Assembly: GCA_003971905.1 (NCBI GenBank)
Contig: RSEE01000046.1
Coordinates: forward strand, 62,001 to 126,000
Reading direction: 5' to 3'
DNA: 64,000 nt
Source of the DNA: Moniliella sp. 'wahieum'
Lineage: Eukaryota
Position numbers and translations under genes: made by a program. Positions 53,600-64,000 of the stretch are shown here, in pieces. Under the pieces are notes generated by a model, which made no database searches, had not been told where the DNA came from, and saw nothing but the letters and a program-made list of their open reading frames with translations. Each line of letters opens with the position of its first letter. The stretch's first letter is position 1.

Positions 53600-54267
53600 A
53601 TGCCTGAGCCAACAGGACTGAGCAACTCGGCTTTCGCCAAGGTGGTGCTTCATGCCGCCAAGTTTCCCTCATCAAAAGTGATTGGGTTTCTGCTTGCCGA
53701 TAAGGAGGGGGGGCAGGTGAGCGATGTGGTTCCTCTCGCACATGCATGGACTGGCTCGCGCCAGCTCTGGAGGCGGGCGGTGCGCTGGTCGAGATACGCT
53801 CGCAAGACGCAACAAACTATCTTGGTCTGTACGAGGTGCCTTCCACCGCGCCTTAAGGAGACATCACCTAGCCTTCCCACATCTCGCCTTGCTCGGCGAC
53901 TAGCGGTGCGGACGGGCAAGCCGGTGCTCGTTTTGGTCGTGGATGCAGCCGCGCTCTCGATCCGAAAAAGTCGTCCCAAGCCGTATCTTCCTTCTCTGTG
54001 ACCTCAACGGCGACCGACGCTCTCCCCGCCAGCCCATCCGAGTTCCCTGTTTCCTCTCCTCCCGCGGCCGTGCAAGTTCACATCGCGCAGCTGATAACGT
54101 CGGGCAAGGAAACGACATTGGTGGATTTTGAAGGTGGGTAGAGTCCCTCCCATTCTTGGTTTTGGAAGCTCGCTAACCCACCAAATTCGGTTTGGATTGA
54201 CAGACTCGTTGGCGGATCCCACCGCGACTGGCTTATCAACTCGGCCGTGCCTTTGCCCAGCGCCTAA
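53600..54267 (+). CDS. ER membrane complex subunit 8/9 (UPF0172, MPN-like); intron 54134-54203; frameshifts
   Basis: LSNSAFAKVVLHAAKFPSSKVIGFLL...DVVPLAH; C-terminal LVDFE|DSLADP..DWLIN. Confidence 0.85.
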
Positions 54268-54999
54268 GTTCACTCTTCCCTTTCGTTAGGGGTGCGTGCC
54301 AGCGCACTTCAATTAACCCTTGGCCGGGTTCGTCTCCAAAGGTACATGTTTGAACGGGAGTTCGTGCATCAATGGTTACCGGTTAACGCTCAAGTGTCCA
54401 TAGCACCCTTGTGGGCTCTAGGTTCAGGATCCTCTCTTGGATGGGTTCGATGACGATGGCGCGAGAATATCAAACACGTTTTTGTTATCCTTCAGAGAAT
54501 GGGACTCAGGCTGAGGTACTAATCTGTGTGCACTGGACGCGCGAGAGTTGGTACGCTGATGTATATTGATGGTTCTTGTGACAACACGTGCCAGTCCTCA
54601 ACAAATGTTTGCTCTTTTGTACCGCGCATTGCATGAAGCTGCTCTGATGACGGACACAACCTAGGATCGATAGCAGCTCAATCATTAATCTTCAGAGACT
54701 ACGGTGTGTATGAATCAACGGCTGCATTATATTCATGTGTTTCTGTAAAGTACAATCGTGGCTGTGTACACTCACTAGCTCATACCAGGATTAGAAGCTA
54801 ACGGGATGAAATTAGCTGCCAGCATTGCCTTTCCCTCCCGCGTTATAAATGGACGTACTATAGGGGCTGTCGTGCTCATAGGAGTTTTCTTTTGAAAAGT
54901 CTGACCCAGCTGTTGAGCCACCGCGGGTGGCTCGGGCGTTTTGTCCAACGTCCCTTCAGCCCTCCCCAGGCCTAGGAGTCCCGTTGTTTTCTCGCTTAT

Positions 55000-55689
55000 A
55001 TGTCTTTGTCTTGCAGCCTAGCCCCTGGTGGCGACTGGTTGTTTGTTCCTCTACAGAGACACGTTGTTGGCTGGCTTAGTTTACCACCACCACTAGTGCG
55101 ACTGCATCACCGAGGACCATCAGGACTCCATATCTCATCTCAACTGCAACAAAAGTGGTCCCGCGGTTATCGATACGGTATATGTCGTCCGCAACGAACC
55201 TACTGTGGAGGAAGAGTATGGGTCGAGGCGCGGGCGGAGGTCTCTGCGCACCGACTACCCGCGTGATGGGGCCAGGAGCAATCGGAGGATCAGGAATGGA
55301 GGTGTACCGCACGCTGCGCGACGCGGAAACGCAGGAGGCGCCAAGCGCGTACCGGAGAGTGTGCATGAGAGCACCGTGACGCCTTTGGAACGCTGGGAGA
55401 AGGAGCTGCTTCGGCTGCTGGAACAAGCAGAATGCAACAAGAAGGCCAAGTACCACGGATGCACTCAAGATCCGTTTTCCCCCTGGTTTTGATGACGCGA
55501 AGATACTACGGCACAACGGGCAAGATGTTTGCGCACTGGAAGGATTTGGCTACTGAATCTCAATGGAAATGGTTCCTTGCTCGGATGTCTACCGCGTTCA
55601 TCCGTGTCCACACGCGCTACCTCTGGTACGGGACCGGATGGCGAGCACCAGAGGGTGCTGATATCCTGGCGATCCCCCTGGTTCCCTAG
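55000..55689 (+). CDS. Possible hypothetical gene (frameshifted)
   Basis: TATAAAT at ~54844; ORF fragments LERWEKELLRLLEQAECNKK and MFAHWKDLATESQWKWFLARM; no family recognised. Confidence 0.25.
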
Positions 55690-58575
55690 CAATGGTAGCG
55701 CTACCAAGTAACTCACGCAAGATGAACAGGTCGGTTTAGGTGTAGCGTCTCCCTGTCCCAGCCTTAAGCTCTGTCATATGATATGGATACAGTATATGTG
55801 CGAGATGTACCAAGTGTTTCGTGCTGATTCAAAGTGCTAAGCTTGTGAGGGACAATTGAAGGGGCGGAAGAGGGGAGGAGGTGGATGAAACTTGAGGTTG
55901 GAGGTCAAGGCTGAGAATTGAAGAGCCACCATTACAGAGGCAATGTTGAAGCTTGACGCTTGCTGATCGAGATATCGTAAGATCTCTGAGAGATGATGGA
56001 TGGGGCCGGACGGTAGTATACACATCCTCGCTGCGGCAATATAGAATTAATGAAAAGTCTGGGGCACTCCTGGAGGCAGTTTGTGAGGAACTCTTCAGCG
56101 GGTACCTTGCTTTCGTAACGCGTATAACACGCAATAATGTTTGCACCATGAAAGTTGGTATATACGTTGAACTGTGGTCGTGGAGGAAGGCATCCTTGGC
56201 TAATACGGAAGATCGGGTTTCGATGCATCACTGCCGGGTTGCTCCTCTCAGATCTCACACCTCTCGAACCCACTGTCTTCTGTATTAGCCAAGGATGTCA
56301 CGGGCGGGCGCCGCCAGGGGGGCCGCCCTGGGTTTTTTTGGGGTACAATCCCTTAGGCGACGGTAGGTCGACTCACGGTAGTTTCGGGCTTAGGCTGGTT
56401 GGTGTGTCCGAGCGGAGCTAGGGACGAGGAGAGGCCTTTGGTGGGGCGGCTGCACGTGTGGCAAGGCTGCGTCTGCACCGGCTTGGGCCGTAGTAACGTG
56501 TCTGAAGCCTCCGGGACTTAGGGACGGGAGGAGGCAGCGGCGGACAAACACTGCCTTAACTGGAACTGGGAATCGCCGCGACCGAAGGAGGGCTCGCGCG
56601 ATTGGACTGACGAAGGGCTGGAGGACGAGGTCGGAGGAGATGTCGGACGCTAACAAGAGGAACTGCCTGTACTGGATCAATTGGCTGGAAACGGGCAGGA
56701 GTCGGACAGGATAGGCGGGAAAGGGACGAAGGTGGAGACGAGAGATGACGAGATTGGAAGGGGGGAAAAGATCCCCATCAACCAGGGGTACAGGCAGGAT
56801 CAAAAGGGAAACGGATACAAGAGGGGGTGTAGAAAGGAAGACATGTCAAAAGCGGGGTTGGTCGCCGCAGGCGCGACCGAGAAAGGAAAAGGAAACGGGG
56901 CCGGGGCGACAGTCGTCGCCACGGCACTGGAAGCTCGGTGGCCGTATTTAGGCCGGCCGACTTGGACTTGGGCGGGGGGCGACTATTGTCGCGCGGAGCA
57001 TGGCCCTTCGGCCACGATCTTAATTTAGCCAACCATCATCACACTTGATTGGCCTGCGGTGCACGCTCTACTTGGCATGTGCGGAGCAGGCGGGCCTTAG
57101 CTTGGGTCGGACCATCTCGTGTCCGCCGCAGCCCGTGACAAAGGATGTGCTTAAAGCTTAACCACTGCACTATTGAGTACATTGAGTCTGGATGGGAGCG
57201 TCAGAAGGATAGACCTCTAACACAAGTGAAAAACGCTGCCGGAGGAAGGAACTGCTTCGACTGTTGGTGGCAGTGGAATGCGACAGGAATGCCAAGCGCC
57301 AGGGATTCACTCCAGAGCCATTCTGTCTGCTGATGATGATGATGCGCTGGTGTTGTGTCGCATGTCACCAACAAATGGTTGGCGAGCACACACTAGAAAA
57401 GTCTTCCTCTGAGGAGTCTGGTCGGAAAGAGGTTAATTCACTGTGGCTCACATGTCTGCCAAGATCTTTCGTATCCACGTGCGCAGCAGCCGGTTTGGAA
57501 GCGAATGGCGGGGGGCGGGGGGTTCTGAGATCTGATGTGCTGGCCAATCAAATACCAACTGTGGCCGTTGAGGCGGGTGGGCACAAGAGCAAGCAGCACA
57601 CGCCGGACGAGCCCAGTCGTGTGCCTCACTCACTGCGTCGATGCTTTCGTAATGTACACAATGCATCATGCATCATGCATCATGCACCATCGATCGATCA
57701 CCTCGATCACCGCCCACCTGCATGACCCCATGCATCAGCGCACCTCGGGTGCTGAAATCGGAACTGCGCCGACGGGAGCCTAGCCAGCCCAGCTCCACGA
57801 GCTAGCCACTGCCTGGCCCCCGCGCAGATCCACGACGCTGCGCCTCGCATGCGGGCAGCCTGCAGCAGTATGCAGGGGGGGTTGCCTCCCCAGTGGCTGG
57901 CGTGGTGCCAGGGTCGGTCGGCTTGCTTTATAGCATTAGAGCGCTTAGCGCTTGCAGCGCTTCGTGGTACAGCACCTGGGCTCGACTGCTGCCTCTTCGT
58001 CGCGGCTGCGCGCCTGGGGAATGGGCAGGCGGGGAGGTTGCCCAGCACCTGTCGATAATGCGGGATGTGATCTGCATGGTCCATGCGTTGGGCGGCCCCC
58101 CATCACAGCATCACCGGTCACCGGCACCAGGCGGCTGCCCACCGTGTTCGGTCGGAGTCACGCACAGCTCAGCCCATCGATCATTGATCGTCTTGATCAT
58201 CCTCAGTGCAGGGCACTGCTGCTGGGGCACGGGGGCACCATGCCCCCTGCTGCCTGCATGCAGCTTGCTTCTTTGTTGTCCAGCAGTGTGCTCTGCTGCG
58301 TGCGCTGAGCACTCTGGATGATGCATGATGGCGCGGCGCTCGGTGCTGGGCTGGGCGCTGCTCCAGCTGCTGGCTACTGGCTACTGGCTACTGGCAGCTG
58401 GCAATGGGCAACTGGTGGGACTGGTTGCTGGGGGCGGGCAACTAGTTACCTGCTGCTCGGCACCAGCATCAGCGCATCCGTCTTCTTCCCTACCTTTGCC
58501 TCCGCCTCTCCGCCTCCACTGTCTCCTGCTCCTCCTCCTCCTCGTCTCCGCCTTGGCGACTGCCCTTCCTGCGCC

Positions 58576-60018
58576 ATGGCCAGCAACCCTCCACACACAC
58601 CATTCCCTCGTCCCCTTCCCAGTCTCCCCCCGGTCGCCCGTCTGGCCCTCGACAGGGTGTCGTCCAATTCGACTGCTACGTCTCCTTCCTCGTCCGCCTC
58701 AACGGACGACGACCCCTCCTTCTACGGCCCCCGCTCCACCCGCTTCCACCCGACACATTCTTCCACCGGCGGCAGGCGAACACAATCGGCTCATCGCACT
58801 GCCTCTGGTGCCACCAATGCCACCACTGTTCCCACCAGCACGATTCCACTTCCAACGATCGCGCCCAATCCCATCCCTTCCTCCTACGCCGGCTCCAGCC
58901 GGTCCCCCTCCGGCACCCCCTCCAAGTCTCAGTCAGCGCAGGCACCCATCATCAGCGCCAAGATTGGTCCCGGCTTACTGAATGCGACGTTGCCAGACCA
59001 CGGCCTCATCCAATGCCTCCCTGCCATCATCAACATCACCGCTGCCCAGGACCAGGCGGTATCCATTACAGTGGTCGACTACCATAACATTCTCGAGCGC
59101 CTCGACGTGACCATCCCGCCGCCTGTCACGCTCTGGAACTGGACTGAGGTCGATTTCCCTGCCGGGACCGAGCTCCGGGTTGAAGTGGCAGTGGGTGGGG
59201 GGGATGTGAGCTCCCCCAATTGGGCTAGTTGGGTAGGCTTGACCCACGTTCACTTGGGCCAGAATGTGTCGAGTTGTCTTGATGCGGGCGACGTGGCCAG
59301 CTCGCCACAACGGCCTAAACATCATCATCGCAACTTGGGCACCATTTTGGGTATCACCATCCCCCTCGTACTTACGATTGGCTTGGTGGGGGCCTTGGTG
59401 GGCCTGATGATCCTCAGAAGAAAACGAGAGCGCAAGGACCGAGCTGCGCGTGCGGCTGACCCAGCCACTCAGCTGGAAGACTGGCACGATCGAGCAACGA
59501 TGATGTGGGAGAACAGCAGCCGCGGGCTGATGCGGCACATGACTCGTCCCGATGGTGGGCGGCGTGGCTTATCGCTGGATTCAAGTACCAACTTGACATC
59601 CGGAGGGATGCATCCCACCGCCTCCGAGTCCCCCTTTGATGATGCCGAACACGTATCCCCCTGGAGAGCGATTCAAGATGCGCTTCCGACATACAAGCAA
59701 AGTCAGCGCGAAAGTCGGCGTGTGGCGCTCCCTTCGTACACCCGTGCTTCGACGTTTACGCGCGCCATCCCCTCCAATATGACCCGCTCAACCAACCCTT
59801 GGCCTGGTCTTCATCTCGACCCACCTTCACCTACCGTCCCCCCAACTCCGGTAGAGAGGAATGAGGCTGACCAGCTGCTCTCGCCCGTCCCCGAGAGGAC
59901 TGCGGAACCCCACAGGCCAGAGTCTGAGCGGACTTTGTCGTTGCATTCAACCGGAGCTGAGTCCTCAGCTCTGGGCTCGACGTACCAGCTTATCGAACCT
60001 TCCCAGCCTCGTCCATGA
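58576..60018 (+). CDS. Single-pass membrane protein: Ser/Thr/Pro-rich N-terminus, beta-rich Cys-flanked domain, TM helix, cytosolic tail with LPxY motifs
   Basis: Intact ORF; IQCLPAIINIT...WNWTEVDFPAGT...VSSCL; TM LGTILGITIPLVLTIGLVGALVGLMIL followed by RRKRERK; LPTY and LPSY. Confidence 0.75.
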   Translation: MASNPPHTPFPRPLPSLPPVARLALDRVSSNSTATSPSSSASTDDDPSFYGPRSTRFHPTHSSTGGRRTQSAHRTASGATNATTVPTSTIPLPTIAPNPIPSSYAGSSRSPSGTPSKSQSAQAPIISAKIGPGLLNATLPDHGLIQCLPAIINITAAQDQAVSITVVDYHNILERLDVTIPPPVTLWNWTEVDFPAGTELRVEVAVGGGDVSSPNWASWVGLTHVHLGQNVSSCLDAGDVASSPQRPKHHHRNLGTILGITIPLVLTIGLVGALVGLMILRRKRERKDRAARAADPATQLEDWHDRATMMWENSSRGLMRHMTRPDGGRRGLSLDSSTNLTSGGMHPTASESPFDDAEHVSPWRAIQDALPTYKQSQRESRRVALPSYTRASTFTRAIPSNMTRSTNPWPGLHLDPPSPTVPPTPVERNEADQLLSPVPERTAEPHRPESERTLSLHSTGAESSALGSTYQLIEPSQPRP

Positions 60019-61264
60019 ACCATTTCTCCCTCGCTTGAACCTTTCCTTCCCTCGCATAAACTACCCTCCACGGACTTGTCCCCTTTCATGTGCCTTCCCC
60101 CTTTGGGCCCACAGTATGCTGGTCGGATCAAGATGCACTACTCCTTCGCTTTTTTTCCCGCTGCCACCACCATCCCTCGTGTTCCGTGACCATGCATGAC
60201 CCCTTCTTTCATGTGGTATTTGTTGTTATCCCGCCGTCTGGTCTCATTCGCTTTTGGTTAAGCGTCACTGCGATCTCATTGATCATCCGAATTCATCCCT
60301 CTGTCCTGTTTCACTCGTGGCTCTCCCTCCCTGTGACTAGGCGCTTCAATGAGCTTCTTTGCTATACGGCTCTTGCCATGAGCAAGGCATCATTTGATTC
60401 TGACGTTGACAGTAGGCGTTGGTGTGAGCTGGTGTGCTATGACACAATCGGCGGACCCCCAAAGATGGAGTTGGCAGCAGCGGCGAGCTGATGACTCGTT
60501 GGTCGTTGTTGTTGGGAGCGCTAGTGGGCAGACAAGGAGGAGGGAACTAGTCAGTACTACCGAGCCACTCAGTGAGTCGAGCACCAAAATCTCCACATCA
60601 ACGTTATTCGTACTCACCTATCGATCGTACGTTCATCGATCAGCAAGTTGTCGATAAACCTTGTACGCCTTTATTAGGCGTTGAGGCGCGTTAGGCCATA
60701 GGTGGCTTTCCTGGATAAAAAGACGCCCCCCCGCCAGGGGCAACTTTACGCCACCATGTTGTCCAGCACCGGGCGCGTGTAACGCACAGGCCACATGTGC
60801 TGCAAGCCGCGCAGGTGGGCGCGCAAACTAGGCGCTAAGAGAGATCTGGATTCCGGGTCTATCGGAGGCTTGCAACATACAAACCTTAGTACACTGGCAA
60901 TCGTGCAAAACGATGGGCTTGCTTGGTCGGTTCAGCTCGCCTCCCCCAGTACTCAATCCCCATCTAACTCTTTCCCCCTACCACCTGCAGTGCCGCGGCT
61001 TCCATCTCGTCTGCTCCACCGCACAGTACATTGCGCTTCCTCCTTCTCTCTCTCTGCCTTCCCACCGACCACTGGCTCTTTCCTCTGTACCAAGACACAT
61101 TCGCACCCCAATCGGCCGTCTCAGTGTGGGTGTGTATACACACTGAGGGGTTATTGTGTTGGAATCCAAGCCTGCCTAAGCGGAGGTTAGAGAGCTGCTC
61201 TCCACAGGGCTAGCTCTCCGTTTACTCACACTGGGACATTGGGCGCTGCTGTACCCCGGCCAAC

Positions 61265-64000
61265 ATGGCAGCCAACACCGATCCACCATATTCTGGAACC
61301 CCCAATTTCCTGATGGAGAAAGGCAATCCACCGGATCCAACTAATGGGACAGCGCCCTACACCCCACGTGCTTGTGGCGGTCCTAGTTTACTCCCTCTCC
61401 GGAATGACCATCGCCCCCGCGATGTTTCACCGAACGCATTATCCGACCCACAGCAGGGACCATTGCAGAGCATCGTTCAACCTCGTCTTGGTTGCACTCC
61501 CCAGGCTGCGAGCCAGGAGCACGATGTGCATCCGAATGCGCCGGATCAGCTTCTCCCTCCCCCCTTGCTCCGGGCCCGGGTGTGGTACTTCGGGTGAACT
61601 TGATGGGAAACACGACCGCTGCGGTTGGTCAACAGGACAAAGCCAATTCATTTAGTCCACCAGGTCCGGATTCGAAGTGTGTACCACTCTCGCGCTCTAT
61701 GCATTGAAACCCACACTTACCTTGCTTCATGTAGCGCCTCGGCCATGCTTGTTCCAGGTTGGGGGGGCTGCCTAGCCCGCTACCGAGCCAAATGAGCAAG
61801 AGCAACATCGAACCCGAAGAGGATTGGGTGCAGGGCTCAGGATCGGGATCAGGACCGCAAAGCTGCACGACTATCAATCCTACTTGTACCCTAACGGCCG
61901 CCCCATCTCTTTGGCCCATCAAGGAGGAAGTCAAGTACCCCATTAGGCCGTCTGCACATCCGCAAAGCAGCATTGACTCCCCAGCCTTGTTCCGCACACG
62001 ACCAAGTGACGCTGAGGGAACACCGATGCTACCCGTCGCTGCTGCCGCCTTCACCTCGCCGGAGGTCTTGGTGGGGGAATCGGGGCGCGAGACCAAGAAT
62101 CCATTGGATGGGTTGGCTCCAACATCTCATGGGGGTGAAACAGATGCGCTGCTAACCACTCGTGCCTTTGAACAAACGCCAATCCCGGTCGCGTTTCACT
62201 CGCCATCGCAAGGTATGCACCTATCCTCCCCCCTTCTTCTCCCCCAAACACTAACACGGTTATAGATGTACTGTATATGTAGATCTCCTTCCTTCCCCAG
62301 CCCAACCGAATCCAAAGATCCAGCCCTCCTCTCTCGGAATCGTCCGCCAAGACCCATGCAATGAGAATGACGATGCTTCAGCGCCCTGTCCGCCGGTGCA
62401 AGCGTCTTCGATTGACGAAGATATGGCTACATCTTCATCCCAAGAAGTCTCGCCATTCATGGTAGGAGATCGGATCTTTATCGACCGCTTCTCACCTACG
62501 CCACAACCTGATGGAATGAGGAAGGCAGGGAATCGTGGGCGCCCGAGCTACCGCTACCGATCCAGCTGGATGCACCTGGCTCTCTCGATCCATTTACCAA
62601 CAGGGTGGAGAAATGTGTGGACGCGTGGATATCGCATCTGGTAGACTCGATTGGTCTCTTCAGTAAGCCTGCAATGGTGTCCTCGCCGCAAAGTGTCAGT
62701 AGCGCCGTTCCTTCGTTCCCTGTGCCCGAGGATAGGGAGGCAATCCAGGAAGATGAGGCGGTTGATCGCTCGTTGCATGCTTCTTCGCCTACGCACCCTT
62801 CCCCCCACGGAACTGGGCATGTTCCGGACCTCCCACGCTCTTTGTCCACCGAATTGGCTACAAGGATGGAGGAGGGAACCCGGTGTGGTTCTTCGAAAGA
62901 GGCTAGCAACGTCCCGGAAAGGGATCCAGCTCATTTCGTGACGGGGGTCTGCCGGCGGTGGGGAGGGGCGATATGGCCAGCACGGCAGCAGACGGTCTCC
63001 AAGGTGCAATCGCACTGTACGAAGCAAACCATCGCTTGAATTTGGATCTGGAGCAGGTCAAGGGGACGTTGGCCCGACTCGCCCCTGTGTCCTGGCCCTC
63101 CTTAGCTCGTTGGACAGGATGAAGGGGGCGGTGGATGAGCTCAAGGCTGCCATCCATTCCAGCTCTCATATTCACGATGTTCTTCTCGCCCTACGTGACC
63201 CACGCAAAAGTGGAAGTACGAACCAAGAGGGCAGCCTTGATTTACCCGACGAGAAGGGCGCAACTCATTGCCATCGGGCCACGTTTCCCCTTCCCACGGA
63301 GGGGGCGACCATGAGAGGCTTCAGTTGGATATGCTCTCGGCGGGCCTGATTGACCGAATGGTGGGCGCCATCAAGAGCGCCCTCGGTCCGAGTCACATTC
63401 CCAAGTCGGCCTTGTTAGCGCAATGGCCTTGCCCATGGTTACGGACTGGTTTGAAGACTTTTGCGAAGAGGTCCGCGGCGATGTGGAATCGTCCATGTAC
63501 GACTTTATGGGCAAGGTGGCGAGATGGAGTGAAGGTGGGCTGCCTCTTCTCTTCCAGGATGAACCTCCGTCGTCCTCGTATGGGGTTCCTGACGAGGCCG
63601 GAAAAGGGAGAGACATGAGTAAGGGTCACTGTGCAGGAGGCTTTCCTGTGACCGAACCAACCAGACCGTCGTCGGTTTATTCAGAACAGGAGGTTGCGGA
63701 ACCTGAGCCAGCTGCTACCGCGAGCTTAGCCGACCTGATACGCCGTACCGGCGCTTCATTCGAACGGCATGCAGCTCGGGTGCGTACCTTGGAGCTGGTT
63801 GAGCAGTTAAAGAGAAACAAGAGCATTCCCACCTTGTCCTGGCTCAACTCCTGCAAACCCAACACTGCCAAGTCACTGTGCCCCGCCACGGCTCCGGCGT
63901 TGGGACGGACGGTTCCTGTTTCTCTTCCGCGGGCCCACGTGGGCAGACGAGATGGTGATACCGATCCTGCAGGAGGAACGGCGGATGCTTCAACAGCAGG
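61265..64000 (+). CDS. Large low-complexity hypothetical protein, 3'-truncated; probable introns ~61664-61734 and 62212-62264; frameshifted
   Basis: Chain of Ser/Pro-rich plus-strand ORFs; canonical GTATGC..CTAAC..TAG intron. Confidence 0.45.

Noticed and set aside
62265..62470. YCICR ... FMVGD suggesting a PHD finger
   Set aside because: Pieces lie in different frames and the remaining Cys/His ligands could not be found.

Overview
Eukaryotic, GC-rich, intron-poor fungal DNA, not prokaryotic. It looks basidiomycete, possibly Ustilaginomycotina-like (inference). Short GT..CTRAC..AG introns are present. Most genes are broken by small indels, most likely uncorrected long-read errors, so many boundaries are approximate. 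Recognisable genes in order: CDC7 kinase (5'-truncated), a kinesin-4-like motor, an MFS transporter, a polyQ protein, a PAQR/Izh membrane protein, RPL14, a bc1 Core1/beta-MPP homologue lacking the HxxEH motif, PMP3, a small Cys-rich protein, SWR1, BUB2, HEM1, a divergent forkhead factor, a Pil1/BAR-like protein, mitochondrial uS10m, EMC8/9 and a single-pass membrane protein with PY motifs, plus several hypothetical genes. No rRNA, tRNA, CRISPR array or transposase was recognised. The most striking unexplained signal is intergenic. Many spacers hold 7-bp-period tandem arrays following one rule, T-N-A plus a 4-bp palindrome, with about a dozen different palindromic cores. I saw them in intergenic DNA and did not notice them inside the conserved CDSs.
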